Below, in pieces: positions 27,291 to 39,800 of a stretch of 64,000 nucleotides of DNA. Position 1 is the first letter of the stretch, and each line of letters begins with the position of its first letter. A model generated the notes under the pieces. It was given only the letters and a program-made list of their open reading frames with translations. It was not told where the DNA came from and searched no databases. Source of the stretch: Octopus vulgaris (taxonomy: Eukaryota). The position numbers and the translations under genes are program-made. The DNA lies in NCBI GenBank assembly GCA_951406725.2, contig OX597843.1:10540001-10604000 (forward strand), written 5' to 3'.

Positions 27291-28088
27291 TCGGCAAAAG
27301 CGACCGATAGAATAAGTACTGGGCTTACAAAGAATAAGTCCCGGGGTCGAGTTGCTCAACTAAAGGCGGTGCTCCAGCATGGCTGCAGTCTAATGACTGA
27401 AACAAGTAAAAGAGTAAAGAGTATAGACTCATATGGCAATTTCTTCAAGCTGATCCAACAAACAGGGGACCCAGGGTCAACCAAGGATGAGATGGATGCA
27501 TCATATCCATAGCCTCAATTGGTCACACTTGACAATCCAACCAGAAAGCCTAATGATGGTTGCTTCTGATAGGACCCTGTGGATGAGGGGTGCTCGAGAA
27601 CTCCAAATCCATAAATTCCCAGGAATTGTAGACAGAGGAGATGAATGGTTAGGATAGAATTTTTATCATTTGTTTCTTAAGTTGTTTCAATTGTTACGTA
27701 GAGTTTAAATAAGCAAAATTTGGTTTAATTAAGCTTCGTTAATGGTATTTTGTCACTCCTCGATTTCGTTAACGAATACTATCATGTCTACAGCAATTTT
27801 TTATGATCATCATGCCCACTGAATTAATTATGCTGCATATGTTAAATTCGGGTTATTATGACTACATCATTAACTGTAAAATTTACTTGCTTAATTGTAC
27901 ATAACATACTTTTGCTTACTAATTACTTGTATTATTCCAATTGACTAAACATTCCCAACTCCTATTATATAATAACCTTTAACTGTATTTCTGTTGCCTG
28001 TAGTTTAGCTTAACTCTTTTGTTGCCATATAAAGGTGGTGCTGCAGCATGGCCGCAGTCAAATGACTGAAACAAGTAAAAGAGTAATA

Positions 28089-29043
28089 TTTGGTATCAAA
28101 AGGGTTAAAAATATCATGGTGAATTTTACCCCTTTCTTACCCTATTTCAGTTGAGATGTTCTGTGTTTCTTTCAATTAATTTTAAATCGTCTGGCACCTG
28201 TGCGGGTGGCACGTAAAAAGCACCCACTACACTCACAGAGTTGTTGGCGATAGGAAGGGTATCCAGCCGTAGAAACACTGCCAGATCAGACTGGGCCTGA
28301 TGCAGCCTTCTGGCTTCACAAACCCCAGTTAAACTGTCCAACCCATGCTAGCATGGAAAACGGACGCTAAATGATGATGATGATGATAACAAAGAATTTA
28401 GTAAAATAACTTAGTTATCATTAAGCTAGTGTTAGGAACATAAATTGTGACTAAGGTTTGGTGGAAGATTCTAATTCAGAACTTTTGAAAACAAAACATT
28501 TGTACAAAACTTAGGAAAATAAAATATCAACCGAGTTGGTATCAAAAAGAATTTAAAATATGATGGTGACTTGAACTCTTTCCTTACCCTATTTCTGTTG
28601 AGATGTTCTGTGTTTCTTTCAATTAATTTTAAATATAACAAAGAATCTACTAAAATAACTTAGTTATCATTAAGCTAGTGTTAGGAACATAAATTGTGAC
28701 GAAGGTTTGGTGGAAGATTTTTATTCAAAACTTATGTAAACAAGATATTTGTACTCAGAGCCAGGGGCAGTTTGAGCTGAGTTGGTATCAAAAGGGTTAA
28801 AAATATCATGGTGACTTTAACCCTTTTGTAACCCTATTTCTGTTGAGATGCTGTGTTTCTTTCAATTAATTTTAAATATAACAAAATATCTAGTAAAATA
28901 ACTTTCTTATCATTAAGCTAGTGTTAGGAACATAAATTGTGACTAAGGTTTGGTGGAAGATTTTTATTCAAAACTTATGAAAACAAAACATTTGTATTCA
29001 GAGCCAGTGGTGGTTTCAGCCAGGTTGGTATCAAAAGGGTTAA
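28089..29043 (-). repeat. Second TTAA-MITE-like tandem array, inverted relative to 14002-14898, interrupted by an (ATG)n-tailed element at ~28189-28387
   Basis: Reverse complement of the same units (GTTGGTATCAAAAGGGTTAA). Confidence 0.8.
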
Positions 29044-29964
29044 ATTCACACAGACACCCAAACAATCAATTAGACTCTCAAACACTCTGTTATCTATAAA
29101 TGTTTAAAATTTTTTTTATAAAGTCAAAGCATTGCAAAGTGTCAGAGATAATACAAATTGATAGTTTGTACTTTTACCTTGTATTCCAATACTTCAGAGT
29201 TGGGACTCCTTCTTAAAGGAAATCTTCAGAAATCACAAAGCCCATTTCTCTGTAGATTTCCTGAAGAAGGGGTCTTAAACCCAAAATATTGAAATACAAG
29301 GTATAAGTACCAACCTTTGGCTTACTTCATTTCTTTTAATTTGCATTGTACTAGTTTTATGAAAAAAGAATTGAAAACATTTATATATATATATATATAA
29401 AATAAAATATTAGGGAATAAATCCAAACTTACAGGGTAAAATCAGATTTAGGATTAAATCCAATTTTATAGTATAAATATATTATATTATATTAAATTAG
29501 AGATAAAACCACTATTAGGCAAATCAAACAATGAAAAACATAAGCCAATACATAAAATTAATTTAATTTATATTATTTTAAATATATATCAAAAGTATTA
29601 AAAATTTAATAAAAGATAAAGAGTAAAACACTACGATCGTTTCATGGCTGTACAATTCGAATAACAATAATTTAAATTAAATAATTTATATATATATATA
29701 TATATATATATAATAAATTAGTAATGCAATACTAGAGTATCACCTTCCAGTAAAGAATAGCCCGTGAGGGAAAAATACACAAAGTAGTAAATAAATGGCA
29801 CAACTAAGTACCGATATTTACTGGAAATAGCGAACGTAAAAATACGACGCTAATGTATAGCTTCACTGCGTATGTATTAGCAAAAATGCGTGTGTGCAAC
29901 AAACTAGAGAAAATCGTCTTACCTCCAGGGAGAACATCTGAAAGATGAAATACCTGGAAAAGGA

Positions 29965-30048
29965 TAATGTGGGACCTGCAGGTTTCAGATTTTACAAGAT
30001 ATGTCTATCACCCATATCTTGTTCTATCTTCATCAGCCAAGCATATAC
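29965..30048 (-). ncRNA. Type I hammerhead ribozyme, copy 1
   Basis: Minus strand TGG-CTGATGA-AGAT..ACAAGATATG-loop-CATATCTTGT..ATCT-GAAA-CCTGCAG-GTC-CCA; predicted cut after the base at 29973. Confidence 0.85.
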
Positions 30049-30392
30049 CATGACAAAATCTACGATGTTACCACATTAATGCTATTACCCTCGACTGAAA
30101 CGCCGAACGCCAATAGTACGAAAAACGGTGAAGAAGCTTCAATAAATTAGTAATGCAATACTAGAGTATCACCTTCCAGTAAAGAATAGCCCGTGAGGGA
30201 AAAATACACAAAGTAGTAAATAAATGGCACAACTAAGTACCGATATTTACTGGAAATAGCGAACGTAAAATACGATGCTAATGTGTAGCTTCACCGCGTA
30301 TGTATTAGCAAAAATGCATGTGTGCAACAAACTAGAGAAAATCGTCTTACCTCCAGGGAGAACATCTGAAAGATGAAATACCTGGAAAAGGA

Positions 30393-30476
30393 TAATGTGG
30401 GACCTGCAGGTTTCAGATTTTACAAGATATGTCTACCACCCATATCTTGTTCTATCTTCATCAGCCAAGCATATAC
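30393..30476 (-). ncRNA. Type I hammerhead ribozyme, copy 2
   Basis: Same core as copy 1, differing by one base in the stem II loop; predicted cut after the base at 30401. Confidence 0.85.
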
Positions 30477-31005
30477 CATGACAAAATCTACGATGTTACC
30501 ACATTAATGCTATTACCCTCGACTGAAACGCCGAACGCCAATAGTACGAAAAACGGTGAAGAAGCTTCAATAAATTAGTAATGCAATACTAGAGTATCAC
30601 CTTCCAGTAAAGAATAGCCCGTGAGGGAAAAATACACAAGTTAGTAAATAAATGGCACAACTAAGTACCGATATTTACTGGAAATAGCGAACGTAAAAAT
30701 ACGACGCTAATGTATAGCTTCACCGCGTATGTATTAGCAAAAATGCGTGTGTGCAACAAACTAGAGAAAATCGTCTTACCTCCAGGGAGAACATCTGAAA
30801 GATGAAATACCTGGAAAAGGATAATGTGGGACCTGCAGGTTTCAGATTTTACGTTTTTCCAGTAAATATCGGTACTTAGTTGTGCCATTTATTTACTACT
30901 TTATATATATATATATATATATATCTCAGACAACACATCATGCTTATTATACTATTCTGCTATATACATATATATTTAGATATATTTTATCTGCTCTTTT
31001 TCCAG

Positions 31006-31071
31006 GACACCCTACGATGATTGGAGATGCATCTTGGGAAGTCTTCTGCAGCCTGTTCCCTTTCCTACCGA
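31006..31071 (+). CDS. CMIP: CMIP-like exon: (M)TPYDDWRCILGSLLQPVPFPT
   Basis: ttttccag acceptor, GTAAGT donor; matches CMIP DYDDWRPSLASLLQPIPFP. Confidence 0.92.
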
Positions 31072-32496
31072 GTAAGTTAACGAACTAAAAACTTAACTAA
31101 TTATTCATCTGCTTTTTTGACTTCTTGTCCATCCTTATATTTTTCTGTGAGTGAGTGTCTTCTATTATAGCCCTGGGTGCTTACAAATGAATTGCAGGAG
31201 AATTTGATAGATGGAAACTGTGTGGAAGTCCATCGTGTGTGTGTGTATGTTTGGCAAAAGACTAAGAGAATGAAAAAAGAAAAATTAGTAGTGGGGTTGA
31301 TTTATCAAACTAAACCTTTCACGGTGATGCTCCAGCATGGCCACAGTCCAAATGGTCCAATGAGAGAAGTAAATAAAGAGATAAAGTTAGTAACTATAGA
31401 GAAAAAATTTTCAAACACATCACTGTGATACCAGTGCCAGTGGTACGTAAGAGAACCATCTGAACGTGGCCGTTGCCAGTGATGCCCCAACTGGCCTTGT
31501 GCCGGTGGCACGTAAAAAGCACCATCCGATCGTGGCCGTTAACAGCCTCGCCTGGCCCCCGTGCCGTTGGCGCGTAAAAAGTACCATCCGATCGTGGCCG
31601 TTTGCCAGCCTCATCTGGCACCTGTGCCGGTGGCACGTAAAAAGCACCCACTACACTCACGGAGTGGTTGGCGTTAGGAAGGGCATCCAGCTGTAGAAAT
31701 ATTGTCAGATCAGACTGGGCCTGGTGCAGCCTTCGGGCTTCCCAGACCCCAGTTGAACCGTCCAACCCATGCTAGCATGGAAAGCGGATGCTAAACGATG
31801 ATGATGATGATGATGATGATGATGATCACAACTACAGTTTCCATTTGATTTTTATCAACATCAAAATAAAAAGCAAATAGAAATTGTAGTTGTGATACCC
31901 GTGCTGGTGGCATGTAAAAAGCACCATCCAAATGTGGCTGATGCCAGCGCCACCTTAACTGGCTTCTGTATCAGTGGCATATAAAAAGCACCAACCGATT
32001 GTGGCAGCTGCCAGTCTCCTCTGGCTCCTGTACTGGTGGCACATAAAAAGCACCCACTACAGTCACGGAGTGGTTGGCATTAAGAAGGGCATTCAGCTGT
32101 AGAAACACTTCCAGATAAGACTGGAGCCTGGTGCAGCCTCCTGGCTTCCCAGACCCCAGTTGAACCATCCAACCCATGCTAGCATGGAAAATGGACGTTA
32201 AATGATGATGATGTTGAGTCCACCAGTGATAAGCTGCTACAAGGGAGATAATCTTTGCTTCATAATATTTGGTGGGATTAGATGTTTGAATCTGAAGTTA
32301 AGAAAGAAGATGCATATGTTTGTTCCCAAACAATACTTATTTTAGTGCTGTTGACACTGCCGGATCGAATGGTACTGCCCAAGTGTCAAAACTACAATGA
32401 TATCCATGAGGCAGCTGATGATGGGGGTATGTCGGATTGTTGGTATGGCTGCTTTTGTATATGTGGAATAGTGTTATAACACATCCTTTTGATATA

Positions 32497-33071
32497 TCTT
32501 TATATATAAAAGAGAGGTTGTGTGTCTGTCTCCTGCGATTTAGATTCCTAACTACTCCCACATTTTGCGGTGCAGTTTAACCAAAACCGGGTATCTTATA
32601 GTCGTCATTCATATCGAGCCCTTCTGGGTATTAGCACGCGTCTACGATGAGTCTACGATTTAAAAAAAAAATTACCATCATTTTTTTCCATTTTTTTCGC
32701 TATTATATAAGAGAAGTAACTCTCTAAAAATGTCTATGATGAGTCAACGATTTAAAAAAAAATTTGCAATCATTTTTTTTCCATTTTTTTCGCTATTATA
32801 TAAGAGAAGTAACTCTCTAAAAATGTCTACGATGAGTCAACGATTTAAAAAAAAATTTGCAATCATTTTTTTTCCATTTTTTTCGCTATTATATAAGAGA
32901 AGTAACTCTCTAAAAATGTCTACGATGAGTCAACGATTTAAAAAAAAATTTGCAATCATTTTTTTCCCATTTCTAATGCATTTTTTTGCTATTTTTTGGC
33001 TATAACTCTCTAAAAATGCTTATATAGTTATTTCCCTTACAAACCTGAGCAACGCTGGGCGATACTGCTAG
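32497..33071 (+). mobile_element. Non-autonomous Helitron-like element with internal ~93-bp tandem repeat (~3.5 copies)
   Basis: A|TC start, GTCT tract, degenerate 3' hairpin then CTAG|T; same architecture as 1154-1674. Confidence 0.7.
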
Positions 33072-33264
33072 TATATAAATATACTTTTGTTTTCTGTGTT
33101 TTAGTTACCTATATTGAATGTTTTTGTTGGTTTGTATGAATGGAAAACTGCAAGCAAAAAAAATAAATAAATGAAATAACTGATATATTTATTCTGTTTT
33201 ATTCTAATTTCCTTTCTATTTTCTTTTCTATTTTCTAATTTTCTTTTCTATTTTCTCTCTACAG

Positions 33265-33291
33265 TGCCATTGGACACTCTTTCTTCACTAC
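33265..33291 (+). CDS. CMIP: CMIP-like 27-nt micro-exon: (D)AIGHSFFT
   Basis: Long pyrimidine tract + ACAG acceptor, GTAAGT donor, phase 2/2; aligns to CMIP EALAHEKFT. Confidence 0.8.
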
Positions 33292-33811
33292 GTAAGTATC
33301 ATATATCAAATATATGTGTTTGTGTGTATGTGTATATATATTTGTATGTATGTGCATATATATATATATATGCACGTATGTATGAGTGTATGGATGTTTG
33401 TATATATATATATATATATTGTATGTATATGTGTGGATTTGGTAGGCGGAAACTGAAAGAAGCCTGTTGTATATATATCCTTAAAATCCTTAAAATGTTT
33501 TAGCCCGAAGGCCGCAGCCGTGCTGGGGCACCATATATATATATGTCTGTGTTTGTCCCCACCACCATCGCTTGATAACAAATGTTGGTGCGTTTACATC
33601 CCTGTAACTTATCGGTCCGGTAAATAAGACCGATAGAACAAGTACTAGGCTTACAAATAATAAGTCCTGGGGTTGATTTGCTCGACTAAAGGCGGTGCTC
33701 CAGCATGGCTGCAGTCAAATGACTGAAACAAGTAAAAGAGTAAAAAGAGTATATAACACTCTATCAGATACAAAGATGTGGGTTCCAGTTGATCCGATGC
33801 ATTAATATGCA

Positions 33812-36800
33812 TAGGCGCAGGAGTGGCTGTGTGGGAAGTAGCTTGCTTACCAACCACACGGTTCCGGGTTCAGTCCCACTGCGTGGCACTTTGGGCAAGT
33901 GTCTTCTACTATAGCCTTGGGCCGACCAAAGCCTTGTGAGTGGATTTGGTAGACGGAAACTGAAAGAAGCCCATCATATATATATAAATAGGCGCAGGAG
34001 TGGCTGTGTGGGAAGTAGCTTGCTTACCAACCACACGGTTCCGGGTTCAGTCCCACTGCGTGGCACTTTGGGCAAGTGTCTTCTACTATAGCCTTGGGCC
34101 GACCAAAGCCTTGTGAGTGGATTTGGTAGACGGAAACTGAAAGAAGCCCATCATATATATATAAATAGGCGCAGGAGTGGCTGTGTGGGAAGTAGCTTGC
34201 TTACCAACCACACGGTTCCGGGTTCAGTCCCACTGCGTGGCACTTTGGGCAAGTGTCTTCTACTATAGTCTTGGGCCGACCAAAGCCTTGTGAGTGGATT
34301 TGGTAGACGGAAACTGAAAGAAGCCCATCATATATATATAAATAGGCGCAGGAGTGGCTGTGTGGGAAGTAGCTTGCTTACCAACCACACGGTTCCGGGT
34401 TCAGTCCCACTGCGTGGCACTTTGGGCAAGTGTCTTCTACTATAGCCTTGGGCCGACCAAAGCCTTGTGAGTGGATTTGGTAGACGGAAACTGAAAGAAG
34501 CCCATCATATATATATAAATAGGCGCAGGAGTGGCTGTGTGGGAAGTAGCTTGCTTACCAACCACACGGTTCCGGGTTCAGTCCCACTGCGTGGCACTTT
34601 GGGCAAGTGTCTTCTACTATAGCCTTGGGCCGACCAAAGCCTTGTGAGTGGATTTGGTAGACGGAAACTGAAAGAAGCCCATCATATATATATAAATAGG
34701 CGCAGGAGTGGCTGTGTGGGAAGTAGCTTGCTTACCAACCACACGGTTCCGGGTTCAGTCCCACTGCGTGGCACTTTGGGCAAGTGTCTTCTACTATAGC
34801 CTTGGGCCGACCAAAGCCTTGTGAGTGGATTTGGTAGACGGAAACTGAAAGAAGCCCATCATATATATATAAATAGGCGCAGGAGTGGCTGTGTGGGAAG
34901 TAGCTTGCTTACCAACCACACAGTTCCGGGTTCACTCCCACTGCGTGGCACCTTGGGCAAGTGTCTTCTACTATAGCCTCGGGCCGACCAAAGCCTTGTG
35001 AGTGGATTTGGTAGACGGAAACTGAAAGAAGCCCATCATATATATATAAATAGGCGCAGGAGTGGCTGTGTGGGAAGTAGCTTGCTTACCAACCACACGG
35101 TTCCGGGTTCAGTCCCACTGCGTGGCACCTTGGGCAAGTGTCTTCTACTATAGCCTCGGGCCGACCAAAGCCTTGTGAGTGGATTTGGTAGACGGAAACT
35201 GAAAGAAGCCCATCATATATATATAAATAGGCGCAGGAGTGGCTGTGTGGGAAGTAGCTTGCTTACCAACCACACGGTTCCGGGTTCAGTCCCACTGCGT
35301 GGCACCTTGGGCAAGTGTCTTCTACTATAGCCTCGGGCCGACCAAAGCCTTGTGAGTGGATTTGGTAGACGGAAACTGAAAGAAGCCCATCATATATATA
35401 TAAATAGGCGCAGGAGTGGCTGTGTGGGAAGTAGCTTGCTTACCAACCACACGGTTCCGGGTTCAGTCCCACTGTGTGGCATCTTGGGCAAGTGTCTTCT
35501 GCTATAGCCTCGGGCCGACCAAAGCCTTGTGAGTGGATTTGGTAGACGGAAACTGAAAGAAGCCCATCATATATATATAAATAGGCGCAGGAGTGGCTGT
35601 GTGGGAAGTAGCTTGCTTACCAACCACACGGTTCCGGGTTCAGTCCCACTGTGTGGCATCTTGGGCAAGTGTCTTCTGCTATAGCCTCGGGCCGACCAAA
35701 GCCTTGTGAGTGGATTTGGTAGACGGAAACTGAAAGAAGCCCATCATATATATATACATAGGCGCAGGAGTGGCTGTGTGGGAAGTAGCTTGCTTACCAA
35801 CCACACGGTTCCGGGTTCAGTCCCACTGCGTGGCACTTTGGGCAAGTGTCTTCTACTATAGCCTTGGGCCGACCAAAGCCTTGTGAGTGGATTTGGTAGA
35901 CGGAAACTGAAAGAAGCCCATCATATATATATAAATAGGCGCAGGAGTGGCTGTGTGGGAAGTAGCTTGCTTACCAACCACACGGTTCCGGGTTCAGTCC
36001 CACTGCGTGGCACTTTGGGCAAGTGTCTTCTACTATAGCCTTGGGCCGACCAAAGCCTTGTGAGTGGATTTGGTAGACGGAAACTGAAAGAAGCCCATCA
36101 TATATATATAAATAGGCGCAGGAGTGGCTGTGTGGGAAGTAGCTTGCTTACCAACCACACGGTTCCGGGTTCAGTCCCACTGCGTGGCACTTTGGGCAAG
36201 TGTCTTCTACTATAGCCTTGGGCCGACCAAAGCCTTGTGAGTGGATTTGGTAGACGGAAACTGAAAGAAGCCCATCATATATATATAAATAGGCGCAGGA
36301 GTGGCTGTGTGGGAAGTAGCTTGCTTACCAACCACACTGTTCCGGGTTCACTCCCACTGCGTGGCACCTTGGGCAAGTGTCTTCTACTATAGCCTCGGGC
36401 CGACCAAAGCCTTGTGAGTGGATTTGGTAGACGGAAACTGAAAGAAGCCCATCATATATATATAAATAGGCGCAGGAGTGGCTGTGTGGGAAGTAGCTTG
36501 CTTACCAACCACACGGTTCCGGGTTCAGTCCCACTGTGTGGCACCTTGGGCAAGTGTCTTCTGCTATAGCCTCGGGCCGACCAAAGCCTTGTGAGTGGAT
36601 TTGGTAGACGGAAACTGAAAGAAGCCCATCATATATATATAAATAGGCGCAGGAGTGGCTGTGTGGGAAGTAGCTTGCTTACCAACCACACGGTTCCGGG
36701 TTCAGTCCCACTGTGTGGCATCTTGGGCAAGTGTCTTCTGCTATAGCCTCGGGCCGACCAAAGCCTTGTGAGTGGATTTGGTAGACGGAAACTGAAAGAA

Positions 36801-39800
36801 GCCCATCATATATATATACATAGGCGCAGGAGTGGCTGTGTGGGAAGTAGCTTGCTTACCAACCACACGGTTCCGGGTTCAGTCCCACTGCGTGGCACTT
36901 TGGGCAAGTGTCTTCTACTATAGCCTTGGGCCGACCAAAGCCTTGTGAGTGGATTTGGTAGACGGAAACTGAAAGAAGCCCATCATATATATATAAATAG
37001 GCGCAGGAGTGGCTGTGTGGGAAGTAGCTTGCTTACCAACCACACGGTTCCGGGTTCAGTCCCACTGCGTGGCACTTTGGGCAAGTGTCTTCTACTATAG
37101 CCTTGGGCCGACCAAAGCCTTGTGAGTGGATTTGGTAGACGGAAACTGAAAGAAGCCCATCATATATATATAAATAGGCGCAGGAGTGGCTGTGTGGGAA
37201 GTAGCTTGCTTACCAACCACACGGTTCCGGGTTCAGTCCCACTGCGTGGCACTTTGGGCAAGTGTCTTCTACTATAGCCTTGGGCCGACCAAAGCCTTGT
37301 GAGTGGATTTGGTAGACGGAAACTGAAAGAAGCCCATCATATATATATAAATAGGCGCAGGAGTGGCTGTGTGGGAAGTAGCTTGCTTACCAACCACACT
37401 GTTCCGGGTTCACTCCCACTGCGTGGCACCTTGGGCAAGTGTCTTCTACTATAGCCTCGGGCCGACCAAAGCCTTGTGAGTGGATTTGGTAGACGGAAAC
37501 TGAAAGAAGCCCATCATATATATATAAATAGGCGCAGGAGTGGCTGTGTGGGAAGTAGCTTGCTTACCAACCACACGGTTCCGGGTTCAGTCCCACTGCG
37601 TGGCACCTTGGGCAAGTGTCTTCTACTATAGCCTCGGGCCGACCAAAGCCTTGTGAGTGGATTTGGTAGACGGAAACTGAAAGAAGCCCATCATATATAT
37701 ATAAATAGGCGCAGGAGTGGCTGTGTGGGAAGTAGCTTGCTTACCAACCACACAGTTCCGGGTTCAATCCCACTGCGTGGCACCTTGGGCAAGTGTCTTC
37801 TACTATAGCCTCGGGCCGACCAAAGCCTTGTGAGTGGATTTGGTAGACGGAAACTGAAAGAAGCCCATCATATATATATAAATAGGCGCAGGAGTGGCTG
37901 TGTGGGAAGTAGCTTGCTTACCAACCACACGGTTCCGGGTTCAGTCCCACTGTGTGGCATCTTGGGCAAGTGTCTTCTGCTATAGCCTCGGGCCGACCAA
38001 AGCCTTGTGAGTGGATTTGGTAGACGGAAACTGAAAGAAGCCCATCATATATATATAAATAGGCGCAGGAGTGGCTGTGTGGGAAGTAGCTTGCTTACCA
38101 ACCACACGGTTCCGGGTTCAGTCCCACTGTGTGGCATCTTGGGCAAGTGTCTTCTGCTATAGCCTCGGGCCGACCAAAGCCTTGTGAGTGGATTTGGTAG
38201 ACGGAAACTGAAAGAAGCCCATCATATATATATAAATAGGCGCAGGAGTGGCTGTGTGGAAGTAGCTTGCTTACCAACCACACGGTTCCGGGTTCAGTCC
38301 CACTGTGTGGCATCTTGGGCAAGTGTCTTCTGCTATAGCCTCGGGCCGACCAAAGCCTTGTGAGTGGATTTGGTAGACGGAAACTGAAAGAAGCCCATCA
38401 TATATATATAAATAGGCGCAGGAGTGGCTGTGTGGGAAGTAGCTTGCTTACCAACCACACGGTTCCGGGTTCAGTCCCACTGTGTGGCACCTTGGGCAAG
38501 TGTCTTCTACTATAGCCTTGGGCCGACCAAAGCCTTGTGAGTGGATTTGGTAGACGGAAACTGAAAGAAGCCCATCATATATATATAAATAGGCAAAGGA
38601 GTGGCTGTGTGGTAAGTTACTTGCTTACCAACCACATGGTTCCGGGTTCAGTCCCACTGCATGGCACCTTAGGCAAGTGTCTTCTACTATAGCCTTGGGC
38701 CGACCAAAGCCTTGTGAGTGGATTTGGTAGACGGAAACTGAAAGAAGCCCATCATATATATATAAATAGGCGCAGGAGTGGCTGTGTGGGAAGTAGCTTG
38801 CTTACCAACCACACGGTTCCGGGTTCAGTCCCACTGCGTGGCACCTTGGGCAAGTGTCTTCTACTATAGCCTTGGGCCGACCAAAGCCTTGTGAGTGGAT
38901 TTGGTAGACGGAAACTGAAAGAAGCCCATCATATATATATACATAGGCAAAGGAGTGGCTGTGTGGTAAGTAGCTTGCTTACCAACCACACGGTTCCAGG
39001 TTCACTCCCACTGCGTGGCACCTTGGGCAAGTGTCTTCTACTATAGCCTTGGGCCGACCAAAGCCTTGTGAGTGGATTTGGTAGACGGAAACTGAAAGAA
39101 GCCCATCATATATATATACATAGGCAAAGGAGTGGCTGTGTGGTAAGTAGCTTGCTTACCAACCACACGGTTCCAGGTTCACTCCCACTGCGTGGCACCT
39201 TGGGCAAGTGTCTTCTACTATAGCCTTGGGCCGACCAAAGCCTTCTGAGTGGATTTGGTAGACGGAAACTGAAAGAAGCCCATCATATATATATACATAG
39301 GCAAAGGAGTGGCTGTGTGGTAAGTAGCTTGCTTACCAACCACACGGTTCCAGGTTCAGTCCCACTGCGTGGCACCTTGGGCAAGTGTCTTCTACTATAG
39401 CCTTGGGCCGACCAAAGCCTTGTGAGTGGATTTGGTAGACGGAAACTGAAAAAGCCCATCATATATATATACATAGGCAAAGGAGTGGCTGTGTGGTAAG
39501 TAGCTTGCTTACAAACCACACGGTTCCAGGTTCAGTCCCACTGCGTGGCACCTTGGGCAAGTGTCTTCTACTATAGCCTTGGGCCGACCAAAGCCTTGTG
39601 AGTGGATTTGGTAGACGGAAACTGAAAGAAGCCCATCATATATATATACATAGGCAAAGGAGTGGCTGTGTGGTAAGTAGCTTGCTTACCAACCACACGG
39701 TTCCAGGTTCACTCCCACTGCGTGGCACCTTGGGCAAGTGTCTTCTACTATAGCCTTGGGCCGACCAAAGCCTTGTGAGTGGATTTGGTAGACGGAAACT

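Larger units (their letters stand above)
29712..30902 (-). mobile_element. Tandem 428-429-bp hammerhead-containing repeat (retrozyme / Penelope pLTR-like), ~2.7 copies with an inverted end, between (TA)n tracts
   Basis: Units start at 29712, 30141, 30569 (AATAAATTAGTAATGC); 30847-30902 is an inverted copy of unit-internal sequence. Confidence 0.85.

Noticed and set aside
26403-27512. Six overlapping ~300-aa ORFs
   Set aside because: Stop-free (CATA/CATG)n microsatellite open in all frames
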